Positions 9,015 through 19,269 of a DNA stretch of 64,000 nucleotides are shown here, piece after piece (position 1 is the first letter of the stretch; every line of letters begins with the position of its first letter). The stretch lies in NCBI GenBank assembly GCA_965541585.1, contig CBEUCH010000004.1:32001-96000 (forward strand), given 5' to 3'. The notes beneath the pieces were generated by a model. It was not told the DNA's origin. It ran no database searches and saw only the letters and a program-made list of their open reading frames with translations. The stretch is from an uncultured bacterium. Lineage in GTDB: Bacteria; Zixibacteria; MSB-5A5; UBA10806. The position numbers and the translations under genes are program-made.

Positions 9015-10379
9015 TTACAGATCTTTGATATCGTATTGGTCGATCTTCTTATAAAGCCGCGGGCGAGAAATTCCTAATATCTCTGCCGCCTTAGATTTAT
9101 TGCCGTTGGATTCTTTGAGAGCCTTGATTATCAGATCTTTTTCAGCTTCTGAGAATGAGGGCACCGATGTCGCTTGTTTTCCACCATGATCAGGTGCGCT
9201 GGTTATGTTTGCAGGCAGGTCTTTGGAAGTGATAATCTCCGCAGCTCTCTCCGCAAACAGACGCTCGACCAGGTTTTCCAATTCTCTGATATTACCGGGC
9301 CAGCGGTATTTTGCAAGCATGTTCAGGGCATTGTCATCAAAAGCCTTAATTTTGAAATCATGGGTCTGGTTGCCTTTATCCAGGAAGTACTGCAATAAAC
9401 CGACTATTTCATCGCTTATTTTCCTCAATGGAGGGACATCGATAGGAATAACGTTCAATCTATGATAGAGATCCTCTCTCAGCAACTTCCGGGAAAGCGC
9501 ATTTTGCAGATCAGTATTAGTGGCCGCAATAAACCGAACGTCAATCTTTAATTCTTCGACAGAGCCGACGGGCCTTATGGATCTTTCCTGGATTGAGCGC
9601 AGAAGCTTGGCCTGCGTACCGGGTTGCATCTCCACCAGCTCATCCAGAAACAGTGTTCCGCCGTCGGCGGACATCATTAAGCCCTCATGATCCTGGCCGG
9701 CGCCGGTGAATGCGCCTTTCCTGTAGCCGAACAATTCACTTTCTATCAATTCGCGGGACAGGGCGCTGCAGTTTATGGCAACAAACGGCCCTGAAGTCCT
9801 ACGGCTGTTTTTATGTATAGCCGTGGCGAAGAGTTCTTTGCCGGTGCCGCTTTCCCCGGAGATAAATACAGAACAATCACATCGGGCCGCCGATGTGATT
9901 CTGTCATAAACCTTCATCATAAGGGCATTGCTGAATACATACCCATCCAACTGAAGATCATGAGTTACTATTTTTTTTAACTGTTGAACCTCATTCTGGA
10001 GTTTCCAGATCTTATAGACCTGTTGAATTGAATTGAGCAATTCACTTTTATTGAAAGGTTTGGTGATATAATCGGTGGCGTTATCCTTGATTGCCTTTAC
10101 GGCCGATTCAATTGAGCCGTAGCCGGTCATTATGATGACCTCGATCGCAGGGTTAATCGCTTTGACCTCCTGCAATAATTGCGTACCGTCCTTGCCGGGC
10201 ATTTTCAGGTCGGCAACAACCAGGTTAATGTCATTTTTGGAGCTTATTGTTTCAAGGGCTTCGTCTGCAGATCCCAGAGCCTTAACGTGATAACCCCGGC
10301 CGGCAATTACCCTGGCACAGGTTTCGGCATAATCGATATCATCATCGACCACCAGTATTTTGAAATCACTTTCACTCAT
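9015..10379 (-). CDS. Sigma54-dependent response regulator (NtrC family)
   Basis: REC domain (VVDDD, DLKMPG), GESGTGKE, GAFTGA and a C-terminal Fis-type HTH. Confidence 0.95.
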   Translation of the reverse strand: MSESDFKILVVDDDIDYAETCARVIAGRGYHVKALGSADEALETISSKNDINLVVADLKMPGKDGTQLLQEVKAINPAIEVIIMTGYGSIESAVKAIKDNATDYITKPFNKSELLNSIQQVYKIWKLQNEVQQLKKIVTHDLQLDGYVFSNALMMKVYDRITSAARCDCSVFISGESGTGKELFATAIHKNSRRTSGPFVAINCSALSRELIESELFGYRKGAFTGAGQDHEGLMMSADGGTLFLDELVEMQPGTQAKLLRSIQERSIRPVGSVEELKIDVRFIAATNTDLQNALSRKLLREDLYHRLNVIPIDVPPLRKISDEIVGLLQYFLDKGNQTHDFKIKAFDDNALNMLAKYRWPGNIRELENLVERLFAERAAEIITSKDLPANITSAPDHGGKQATSVPSFSEAEKDLIIKALKESNGNKSKAAEILGISRPRLYKKIDQYDIKDL

Positions 10380-11527
10380 CAGGCCACCGGAAAGTATAGC
10401 TTAAATGATGCCCCTTCTCCCATATTGCTTTCTACTTCGATCCTGCCATCATGTTCAAGGATAATTTTCTTGCATAGAGCCAGCCCCAAGCCGGTACCTT
10501 CCGGCCCCGCCTTTGTAGTAAAAAATGGATCAAAAACTTTATCAATATGATCAGCCGGAATTCCCGGACCATTATCCGTAAATGTGACGGCAACCTGGTT
10601 CAACAAAAGATCTTTGCCAATTTGAATATCTATTTTACCATTTTTACCTATTACATGGATTGAATTCGAAAAAAGATTGAAGAACAGTTGCTCAATCTGA
10701 TTTTCATTACAGAAAATCTCCGTATCCTTTGTTTTTATATCAATGTTCAATGCAACGTTGTACTTTTTCAATTCGATTTCGACAAGACTTTTAACTTTAT
10801 TTATAATTGATTCGATATTTTGTTTTTTCCTGACAGGTTCCTCTTTCTTTACATAGGCGAGCAATTGCTTTACAACATTCGAGCAATGCTCTGCCTGGCG
10901 TTTGATCATGTCGACCTCTCCGGTCATAGACTGCGGGATATCTGTATCATTCAAAATATCGGCAGAAAGAATGATGGAGCCAAGCGGGGTGTTCAGCTCA
11001 TGGGCTATCCCGGCGGCGATCTGGCCGATATTTGTCAGCCTTTCGATTCGTCCCGGATCAGCCCTTAAATGGCTTTGCTCTCGTGTTTGTCTAAAAATAT
11101 TTATCAGGCCGATAACCTCGTTTCTGTTGGCAATAATCGGAATGACCGTTAACGCCATCTCGCGGCTATCCTCACCGGCAACAACTTTCGTTTCGAAATC
11201 AAAAACAGGCTTTTTCTCACGGGTGACATATTTTAATATGCTTTTATAGTCGTATCTGCATTGTTCAGCTATAGCATTTTCAAATGACGTTATCGGTTTT
11301 TTTGTACTGTTTGATTTAAACGATTTTTCAAACAAATCAGACGTTGATTCTATGGTCCCGGCGGGATCCGTTATCGCTGCCAATGCATCATAATGTTTAA
11401 GAATATGCTCCGTTTTCAGCTTTTCTTTTATATACTCCGATTGGCGACGGCGCGAATATTGCAGGAAAAGAAATATTGCAATAGACATGGCCAGAATCAG
11501 AAAGATGATTATTGGATAAACGTTCAT
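10379..11527 (-). CDS. Sensor histidine kinase
   Basis: N-terminal TM, PAS-like region, AHELNTP H-box, and DNGPGI / FFTTK / GTGLGL. Confidence 0.93.
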   Translation of the reverse strand: MNVYPIIIFLILAMSIAIFLFLQYSRRRQSEYIKEKLKTEHILKHYDALAAITDPAGTIESTSDLFEKSFKSNSTKKPITSFENAIAEQCRYDYKSILKYVTREKKPVFDFETKVVAGEDSREMALTVIPIIANRNEVIGLINIFRQTREQSHLRADPGRIERLTNIGQIAAGIAHELNTPLGSIILSADILNDTDIPQSMTGEVDMIKRQAEHCSNVVKQLLAYVKKEEPVRKKQNIESIINKVKSLVEIELKKYNVALNIDIKTKDTEIFCNENQIEQLFFNLFSNSIHVIGKNGKIDIQIGKDLLLNQVAVTFTDNGPGIPADHIDKVFDPFFTTKAGPEGTGLGLALCKKIILEHDGRIEVESNMGEGASFKLYFPVA

Positions 11528-11773
11528 CCTGCCTATTTCTCCCTTAATCCGCTAGAAACTCAATAAAATCAAATGAAATAGTGTACCTCCGGCGCCGAGA
11601 TCATCACGTAATCAACGCTGCAGGCGGCCTGGATTGGCTCATAAAACCAATCGTGCCGGAGATACCTGCAACTGAAAGCAATCCACAGCATTTTGTAATG
11701 TTAATGATAAAGTCCCGGCATCACTTAAACAAATGTTTTTTAGGCTAATCCGGTCTGGCGAAAATGTCATCGA

Positions 11774-12082
11774 ATGTCTTCGAAAAACCGCCTGATCAAC
11801 AAGCAACGGATGGCCAGCTTCCGGGCAGTCGAAACCGGCTTCTCATTGATTCGTGCAACCCGTAAAGGACTATCAGCTACATTTCACTATCATGGACATA
11901 TTCTATCTACCCCTGACTTTTCCACCACTGACGGAGAATCTATGCTATCTTACGTCTCAACTCACGGCATTAGAACAGTCTACCCCGTGATTGGTGATCT
12001 TTTTGCCTGGCTATGTGCAATGGGAGTTGCAGTACTCATAGGATGGGTATTCTTTGCTCGGTCGCTGCGCCCAGATTATTGA
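11774..12082 (+). pseudogene. C-terminal fragment of an apolipoprotein N-acyltransferase-like (CN-hydrolase) protein
   Basis: MASFRAVETGFSLIRAT..GLS and TVYPVIGDLFAWLC plus a terminal TM resemble the Lnt C-terminus. The N-terminal catalytic part is absent. Confidence 0.6.
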
Positions 12083-12335
12083 GGAACGCAAACCAGATGA
12101 ACCTGAATATCAGGAGAAAGTCCATCTCTTACTTCAAACGCCTTTTTGGCACGGTAGGTTCTGACGGACTACAATCATGGCCTATTTAATATTTTACAAT
12201 GGCAGCGAATTGATTCTAAATAGATTCTAGGGGAACCAGAAGAATTTTAATATTTTGATTTCTGCGGGGAAATAATTTCCAGCCTCCATTACACAAATAA
12301 ATGTACACGAAACCGACTCCATCTCTGGACAATAC

Positions 12336-12707
12336 TTACGAGTAACAGCCTTGCTTTATTTTACTTTTCAGAATGTCTTGTCTAGATACTATACCGATAA
12401 CTGCGTTATCCCGAGTAACTACTATACGTTTAATAGAGTAATCTAACAATAAGGCTGAAATTTGATCTACCGACGTATCTTCACTAACAGTTATCACCTC
12501 TTTGGTCATAATCTCAGTTACCGAAGCGATCAATTCGTTTTTTAGTAATAGATCGCGCTCCGTTACTATACCCACTAACTTACCTTCTTCGTTTATTATC
12601 GGAGTTCCACTAATTTGATGTTCAGTCATTATCTTGGCAACATCCGATATACCCGCATCTGCTTTAGCAGTTATAACATTCGTATTCATAATATCCTTTG
12701 CAAGCAT
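12336..12707 (-). CDS. CBS-domain pair protein
   Basis: AKDIM..VIT, GKLVGIVTERD and VIGIVSRQD. AAGGAGG lies before ATG 12707. Confidence 0.9.
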   Translation of the reverse strand: MLAKDIMNTNVITAKADAGISDVAKIMTEHQISGTPIINEEGKLVGIVTERDLLLKNELIASVTEIMTKEVITVSEDTSVDQISALLLDYSIKRIVVTRDNAVIGIVSRQDILKSKIKQGCYS

Positions 12708-12746
12708 TTGTCCCTCCTTTTTGTGAGTCATTATTTAATATTTTAT

Positions 12747-13244
12747 TTATACCATTATATCAGCACCTTTCCAGTCAGATTGAAGAATTTTGCTATCATT
12801 CGCAGGATCTATCTTGACAATTAGTTTATTATCTCGTGTAATTACATAAATCCAAAAACCTACAACGAAAGGCAATTCTCCTATCTCCTCTTTAATCTCT
12901 TTAAGTCTGAATTTTGGAACAATAACCTCAACATGAGAATAGTCAAGGTTCGCTATATTATTTTTAATCTCCTTTACATGCATCGATGTATATACTACTT
13001 CATAAACAGCAGCTGCCTCACGCTGTCCAATATCCCCTACGACAATATCCGGTATCTTCTGACCAGGTTCAACCTTCCAGGCACCTTTCTCCCAATTTTT
13101 GTGGTAAGCAAAGATATAAGCTGGCTCAAATTCTTCTAGTAACATCTTGGTCATAATAAGAACCACGAAATCATGAATTATTATATGATATGGATCAATC
13201 CGATCAGCACTTATTTTCTTCCGCATGATATTAATATCAATCAT
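12747..13244 (-). CDS. Hypothetical protein (AT-rich)
   Basis: 165-aa ORF co-oriented with the CBS gene. PDIVV...YEV is weakly PD-(D/E)xK-like. Confidence 0.55.
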   Translation of the reverse strand: MIDINIMRKKISADRIDPYHIIIHDFVVLIMTKMLLEEFEPAYIFAYHKNWEKGAWKVEPGQKIPDIVVGDIGQREAAAVYEVVYTSMHVKEIKNNIANLDYSHVEVIVPKFRLKEIKEEIGELPFVVGFWIYVITRDNKLIVKIDPANDSKILQSDWKGADIMV

Positions 13245-13503
13245 ATTTTAAACAACTCTCCTTTTATCTATTTTATCTGTCTTTTATTTCAAATCCGCCT
13301 GATCACTGTAAAGAAATATTAATGTCATTCTATTATGATATCGTCATCCTAAAGATGAAATTCAGCGTTTTATTTATCATGTCCTGCCCCCGTTTATTGT
13401 ATGACGTTGTAAGTTAGTCCTGCCACAGCGAAAGTAAAGCTTGTTTGAGGTTGTTGAACTTCCAATCTCTAACCCAAAAATGGAGGGTTTTACGGGAGGC
13501 AGA

Positions 13504-14754
13504 TCAAGACTGCAGGTGATGAAGGCGCATCGGTTGGAATCTTCCATAAGTCAACGAGCGCCAGAGCCACTCGAAGGGTCCGAACCGGAAATAGCTCAGC
13601 CATATCGGTGATACGATCAGCTGAATTATCCATATGCCGAAGACAAGCAAGATCTGGCCGTAACGGGGTATTTCACCGAAGAGACCAAAGCCATGCCCGT
13701 TGAAAATAGTAGTGCAGATTAATGTCTGAAGAAGATAATTGGTCAGGGCCATTCGTCCCACCGCCGAAAGAGGTTTGATTATATTCTTGAAACGGGCGGT
13801 TTTACAAATTAACATTATCACTCCGATGTAGGCCATACCGATAAACAGCGATCCCCAATAGTTGAATTGTATGCCGTAGAAGAAGGAAAAGTAAATCGAC
13901 CAATCCGCCCGGAAATTACGTACGATGCCATAGCTAACAACAGGCAAGCCAACGACGAGCCCAAAAGCTGCCATGGACGCGTAAAACTTTCTTGAGCGTT
14001 CTCCGGTGAGCACTCCAAACTTGTAGAGTGCCATACCGATTAACATCAGTCCCCCGGCACGCCATCCCCCCCAAATAGCAAAGACGAATGTTTGCATGAA
14101 TATAGCGCTGGAAGCGCGATGCCCTAACTGGCCCACCCACCCGGCTTGCTGGGCTCCGATTTCAATTTGAATCATCTCGGATGTAGGTTTCCAGAACTCC
14201 ATCATGCCGTTGATGGCTTCAGGCGGCCAGAATTTCATGGACCAGCCAAAGAAAAGATAAATAGCGGTGGAGACTGAGATCGAAAGCAGGCCGAATATGA
14301 GAAGCCTCCCGGGTCTGACATTGCGTAACAGATAGACAACAAGCCCGCAGCAACCGTAAGCAACGAGGATATCCCCGGACCATAACAGGTAAGCGTGCGC
14401 CAGTCCGATAAGAATCAATATTATTATTCGACGATAGTATATTCTTGTTACGCTGCCACCACTGGCTTCTATGCGCGAGACTATCATGATCACACCGCCG
14501 CCAAAGAGAATGGAAAAGATGGTCATGAATTTCTGATCGGCGAAGATATGGCTCAAAATCCACACCCAGCCGTTGATCCCGGTTAAGTCACCATATGTTG
14601 TGGGGTTGAAATAAGCGGCCTGAATCATCGAGAAATACTGGATGTTCATTATCAGTATGCCAAGCATTGCAAAACCGCGCAGGGCATCTACGGCGATGAT
14701 GCGCTCGGGCGGGGCAATTGGAATTGCATCAGTGGGACGTTCGGTTTGAGTCAT
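13504..14754 (-). CDS. DUF418 (YeiB-like) membrane protein
   Basis: RI..DALRGFA.LGIL, KF..IFS.LFG, GRMALTNYL.Q and F..GPFEWLWR motifs. Confidence 0.9.
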   Translation of the reverse strand: MTQTERPTDAIPIAPPERIIAVDALRGFAMLGILIMNIQYFSMIQAAYFNPTTYGDLTGINGWVWILSHIFADQKFMTIFSILFGGGVIMIVSRIEASGGSVTRIYYRRIIILILIGLAHAYLLWSGDILVAYGCCGLVVYLLRNVRPGRLLIFGLLSISVSTAIYLFFGWSMKFWPPEAINGMMEFWKPTSEMIQIEIGAQQAGWVGQLGHRASSAIFMQTFVFAIWGGWRAGGLMLIGMALYKFGVLTGERSRKFYASMAAFGLVVGLPVVSYGIVRNFRADWSIYFSFFYGIQFNYWGSLFIGMAYIGVIMLICKTARFKNIIKPLSAVGRMALTNYLLQTLICTTIFNGHGFGLFGEIPRYGQILLVFGIWIIQLIVSPIWLSYFRFGPFEWLWRSLTYGRFQPMRLHHLQS

Positions 14755-15097
14755 AATCCGCGGGATGATACTCCAAAGAACGGTATCGTGAATGATTTAG
14801 TGTTCCTCAATTTGCTCATCTTATTTCCGCAAAGTGCAACTTAGATTATATTATGGACTTCCGACGACCGTCAAGCCGGGTTTTCTCAACGGCTGGCGAG
14901 TTTGTCTCTAATGGCCTGGCCGTCCTGTGTCATTTAACAGTCCTGGCCTATAGTACCTCATTTAGGGTAGTCCTGCCATAGCTAAAATCAAGTTTGTTTG
15001 TAGCTGCATGGCTTCATGCGCAGGGCAAATTCAAAACGATAAGGGTTAAAGAGAATATGGATATCTGTGGCAGAACATTTAAACGGTTTTCAGAGAT

Positions 15098-16291
15098 TCA
15101 GCGGGTATACAGGGAATTATCAGAAACTTCTGCTGCCTGCTTTTTCCTAGGCACCTTAAGCGAAAAAATCATATCAATAAACACTATAACCGCTCCGGCC
15201 ATAAAAGTGGCCTTATAGCCAAAGATGCTCCAGGCTATTCCCCCTGTGACAGGAATGATTACGGCAGTAATATGATTCGCCGACATACCAAAAGATAAAC
15301 AGTTCGTAAGATCCTCGGCCGGGCACATTTTGCTGAGAAACGATTTCAATGCGATGGATGATCCGAATAAAACATTATCAATAACATAGAACGCTATTAA
15401 TACCGGCAGATAATTTATCAATGCGTAACCGGAAAAGATAAAAACCAATAAGAAAGAACATCCTGCCAATAATGCGCGCTCCCCCAGACGGTCGCTCATC
15501 TGACCCATAAACCGGTTGGTGAAAATTGTAATGAGGTTACTGACCAGCATAATGATCGATATATATGTTATGCTCAGATTGTGGTTTTTCACGAGGAGGA
15601 AGATCGCAAATGTGGTGAAGATATGCCGACGGCAGCCCCTGAGAAAAGCCAGAGTATAGTAGAGCCAGTATTTTTTATAAATCCTTATCTTGCGCTTTTC
15701 CGATCTTCCTCTGTTAGCCGGCAGGGCTACGGTCAAATATAATCCTATCCCCAGAACCGATGCCCCTATCAAATAAAAGGTTTCCCTGAAGCTCAGGAAT
15801 AATGTCAAAAACAACACCAGACCTGCGCCCGTCAACCCCGCCATTGATTCATACGATCTCAGTCTTCCCTGAGCTTTTCCTAATTCCTTTGAATCTGTAA
15901 GAAGCAATAACTGCGATGAATTGGTAGGTTCAAAGTAATGAAAGCCAAATGACATCAATACTGTCGCCAGGCCAAGAGCTATTATTGATGGCGCCAAACC
16001 GCAGAGAACCAGCCCCGATCCGATTATAACAATCGAAACGGACGCTATTTTCGATTCTGTAAGATAAAGCGCCAGTGCCCCAACACCGAAGGCCAATAAC
16101 CCTGGGATCTCCCTTACAGCTTGAATCAGACCGACATCTGTCGGAGAAGCATCAAAAACCTCCACTGCAAAATTATTAAACATTATTCGCCACGTATAAA
16201 AACCGATCCACATAATAACTGATGAAAAGGTTATGGTGTAGACTGAGACTTTCTTAAATCGCAAAGACATGCTCCAACTGTTGTACCACAA
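15098..16291 (-). CDS. MFS transporter
   Basis: About 12 hydrophobic segments and the MFS loop GQMSDRLGER. Confidence 0.85.
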   Translation of the reverse strand: MWYNSWSMSLRFKKVSVYTITFSSVIMWIGFYTWRIMFNNFAVEVFDASPTDVGLIQAVREIPGLLAFGVGALALYLTESKIASVSIVIIGSGLVLCGLAPSIIALGLATVLMSFGFHYFEPTNSSQLLLLTDSKELGKAQGRLRSYESMAGLTGAGLVLFLTLFLSFRETFYLIGASVLGIGLYLTVALPANRGRSEKRKIRIYKKYWLYYTLAFLRGCRRHIFTTFAIFLLVKNHNLSITYISIIMLVSNLITIFTNRFMGQMSDRLGERALLAGCSFLLVFIFSGYALINYLPVLIAFYVIDNVLFGSSIALKSFLSKMCPAEDLTNCLSFGMSANHITAVIIPVTGGIAWSIFGYKATFMAGAVIVFIDMIFSLKVPRKKQAAEVSDNSLYTR

Positions 16292-16438
16292 TTTAGGTTA
16301 GTATGGCAATCTTAAGGTCAAGTTTGTTTGGATTTGGAGGACTTCAGGCAGAAGGCAGTATCCTCGTTAGCTGTGTAGCCGCGTCAACAATACGTCAACA
16401 ACGAGTGGTATATCTGTGGCGTTTTCTCGTATTCCCTG

Positions 16439-16768
16439 GTGTCGAATAGTGTAGTTCGGATTCCGCCGTTAACCGGAGGAATTGGTATCAGATTTAAGCC
16501 CGATCAGCGCACTTACATAGAATTGTATTCAAACCTCGCTTTCTCCCAGCGGCCATTATCCGCGAGAGATTTGCTTGCTAGTCGAATCGATTGGGATCGA
16601 ATCCCAGCGTGGATGACTTTGAATCTGAGTTCCATGCTCAAGTGGAATGATATCGCGGCAACTTTCGCGATAGAAAACATACTCGCTATAGCGTATAAAT
16701 ACCACGGTTCAGCTATTCACCCTCCCGGCCGCGGAGTTATGATATCGATCCCATATGAGTGTTTCTGA
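16439..16768 (+). pseudogene. TonB-dependent receptor C-terminal remnant
   Basis: RIPPL.G, P.W.TLNL and ENI...Y.YHGS....PGR are typical of TBDR C-termini. No upstream barrel or plug region is present. Confidence 0.6.
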
Positions 16769-16905
16769 ACCTACCATTAAGTCTGTTGAGTAATGTGGTC
16801 TTGCCGTGATCTATATGACCAACAACTCCCATGTTTAATTCTGGCATTTCTATATTCATAATAATGAATAACAGAAGCAGTTTTTAAAGGGTGCGAAGAT
16901 AATTA

Positions 16906-17649
16906 TCAATCCATTGGCATGGTTTTTCTGGCTTTGTAAACCTCACTTAACTTTACATCTGTTGAATATATTCCTTCGTTGTCTCCTGCGCAAATAAGTT
17001 CCTTTCCCCAAGGGTCATAGATTGAAGAGTGCCCCGCATATTTTATATCAATCATCCCAACAGTATCGCTTGACATAATAAAAGATTGTGTTTCTATTGC
17101 TCTTGCTTTTAATAATGTTCTAAAATGATCTGTTCTAGCTTCTCCCCATTGTGCTGGCACTATGATTATTTCAACTCCCTTTTTCTTTAATTCATTAGAT
17201 ATTTCTGGGAATCTTAATTCGAAACAAATAATCAAGCCCAACTTGCCGAAAGAACTTTCAACCACATTAAAATTGTCTTTTCCTTGTGCAAAATATTTAT
17301 GTTCATCTCTAAATCTAAAAAGCTTGTTTTTTCCTCTCTCATAAATTAATTTTCCTTTGTCAATAATGAAACCCACATTATAAACAAGTTCATGTTCCCG
17401 CCTTATCTCAGGTAAGGTTCCTCCCATGACGAGATTATTTTCCAAAGATATTTGTTCGAGTTGCTTTTTTATTTGTTTAGTTTTTTGTGCATGCTTTTTT
17501 AGATTTTCATTATCAAAACCACAGCTAAACATCTCAGGAATCAAAGCAATTCCATCCTGTGCTTCTCTTAAATAGGAATATATTGTTTCTATGTTTCCTT
17601 CTACATCACCTAACTTTAAATTTGACTGAATTGTATATAATCTTGTCAT
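16906..17649 (-). CDS. Carbon-nitrogen hydrolase (omega-amidase/nitrilase family)
   Basis: Glu-Lys-Cys triad context: PEMF, K.KLF, ICFELRFPE, ARAIE. Confidence 0.9.
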   Translation of the reverse strand: MTRLYTIQSNLKLGDVEGNIETIYSYLREAQDGIALIPEMFSCGFDNENLKKHAQKTKQIKKQLEQISLENNLVMGGTLPEIRREHELVYNVGFIIDKGKLIYERGKNKLFRFRDEHKYFAQGKDNFNVVESSFGKLGLIICFELRFPEISNELKKKGVEIIIVPAQWGEARTDHFRTLLKARAIETQSFIMSSDTVGMIDIKYAGHSSIYDPWGKELICAGDNEGIYSTDVKLSEVYKARKTMPMD

Positions 17650-18866
17650 TTAAGCTGTTTTTTTAAATCTTCAATTACTTCATATATTTTTGTTGTTCCT
17701 TCTTTTATTTGATTCACATTTGTTGCAGAATAAGAAATTCTTATATATCCTTCAAATTCCTTTCCAAATGAAGATCCTGGGACTATTGCAACACCCCGGT
17801 CTAGACACAATTCCAAAAGTCTTTTTTCATCCATTCTTCCTGGAATATGTGGATTGAGATTAGGAAATAAATAAAATGCTCCTTCGGCCTGTTGAAGTTC
17901 AGGAAATATTTCTTTTAATCCTCGATAAGCAACATCTCTTCTTTCTTTGAGTCCATTGATGAGCTCTCCAAACCATTTGTTTCTTTTTTCTTTTTCACTC
18001 AAGCCTTTTGCAAAACCATATTGCAATGAAGTTGCAACGCCTGCACATTCTGTATATTGCCCCTTTGCCATTTTTCGAATAGCTTCTTCATCTCTGCTTA
18101 CGGCAAATCCTATTCTAAATCCAGTTGCAGCAAATGATTTAGAAAAACTGAATACAGAAATGGTTTCTGGATTGTCAAATTCTAGCATGCTCGTATGTTT
18201 TTTATCATCAAAAATAATCTCGTTGTAAGGTTCATCGGAGACAATTATAGTCCCATATCTTCTACACAGCTCATCTATCAGTCTTGATTCTTCAAAAGAA
18301 AATACTTTTCCTGTAGGATTTTGAGGAGAATTATGATAAAATGTGGATGGATTGTATTCATGTAATGCTTTTTCAAGCTTATTGGGATTAAAGGTTAGTC
18401 TTTCATTTATTTCCTCTAGAGGAAGGGTTTTAAATTCTGTTTGTGTGTAAGGAAATATATTCCCTGTTAAACAAGGCCAATACGGGCTAAAGCCTAAAGC
18501 CTTTCTTTTTTCAGGTAATTTAAAGCTAAGTTCTAATCCTTGTTGCCCGCCATTGACACACACAATGTTATCCCGAGTTAAATCATTTATGCCTTTTTCT
18601 TTAAGATAGCTCAAAACAGCATCTTTAAACCAGTCCGCTCCTCCTGATTTTGGATATTTTGTGAGCCCCTTAGCTACCAGTCCTTCTATAATACCGTCAA
18701 TAATGTATTCAGGCGTGTCAAGTCCAATTAATTCTCCTCTCTGAAATTTAATAATCGCTTTTTTTGTTTTTTCTTCAATTTTCCCAACATCTTCACTAAT
18801 TGCAACAATTGTTGATAATCCCATTTCAAAACAAGGATGAAATCTGTCTTTTATATTGTCAGTCAT
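17646..18866 (-). CDS. PLP-dependent aminotransferase class I/II
   Basis: NSPQNPTG, SDEPY, SFSKSFAATGFRIG and GYIRISY motifs. Confidence 0.92.
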   Translation of the reverse strand: MTDNIKDRFHPCFEMGLSTIVAISEDVGKIEEKTKKAIIKFQRGELIGLDTPEYIIDGIIEGLVAKGLTKYPKSGGADWFKDAVLSYLKEKGINDLTRDNIVCVNGGQQGLELSFKLPEKRKALGFSPYWPCLTGNIFPYTQTEFKTLPLEEINERLTFNPNKLEKALHEYNPSTFYHNSPQNPTGKVFSFEESRLIDELCRRYGTIIVSDEPYNEIIFDDKKHTSMLEFDNPETISVFSFSKSFAATGFRIGFAVSRDEEAIRKMAKGQYTECAGVATSLQYGFAKGLSEKEKRNKWFGELINGLKERRDVAYRGLKEIFPELQQAEGAFYLFPNLNPHIPGRMDEKRLLELCLDRGVAIVPGSSFGKEFEGYIRISYSATNVNQIKEGTTKIYEVIEDLKKQLK

Positions 18867-18924
18867 TTTTCCCCTAATCAGAGATCAAGAATTCTTTTTA
18901 AAGATTTACTCAGCCTAGAATATA

Positions 18925-19269
18925 TTAATTACTCTTTTCCCTCTTCTTCCTTTTTTCTTCAGCCTTAACCTGATCGGGGAAAATTTCAGAAAGCCTTTTG
19001 TTGCCTTGTTTTAAAACTTTGAGGTTTGTCTGAGATATTGCAGGTGAGATAATCTTTCTCCTCACAGTTTTACTGAGTCTCAATCCTTTTTGCCCGTATT
19101 CTTAGTGTTTCTTATTTCTTTCTCTTTTGGGTCTTTTTTCCATACCTTTGGCATATGTCAATAATACTTTTTTTAAGCCAGTTCCTTCAACATCTTTCAT
19201 TGCAGTAAATCCTGCCTTGTCACTCGCACATGTAATTTCAAATTCATATCCCTCCAGATCAGGAGAAAT
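18925..19269 (-). pseudogene. rps6e: Archaeal-type 30S ribosomal protein S6e, 5'-truncated with an internal stop
   Basis: Reading through TAA at 19102-19104: ISPDLEGYEFEITCASDKAGFTAMKDVEGTGLKKVLLTYAKGMEKRPKRERNKKH*EYGQKGLRLSKTVRRKIISPAISQTNLKVLKQGNKRLSEIFPDQ... This matches the S6e pattern GY...ITG.SD..GF...DV.G...K.LL...G.R.RKTVRG..I...I.Q.N.K. Confidence 0.78.

Noticed and set aside
19102..19104. Stop-codon recoding (Sec/Pyl or an alternative code) in S6e or the cyc2 copy
   Set aside because: Both stops are TAA, which neighbouring genes use as a normal stop, and other signs of decay accompany them.
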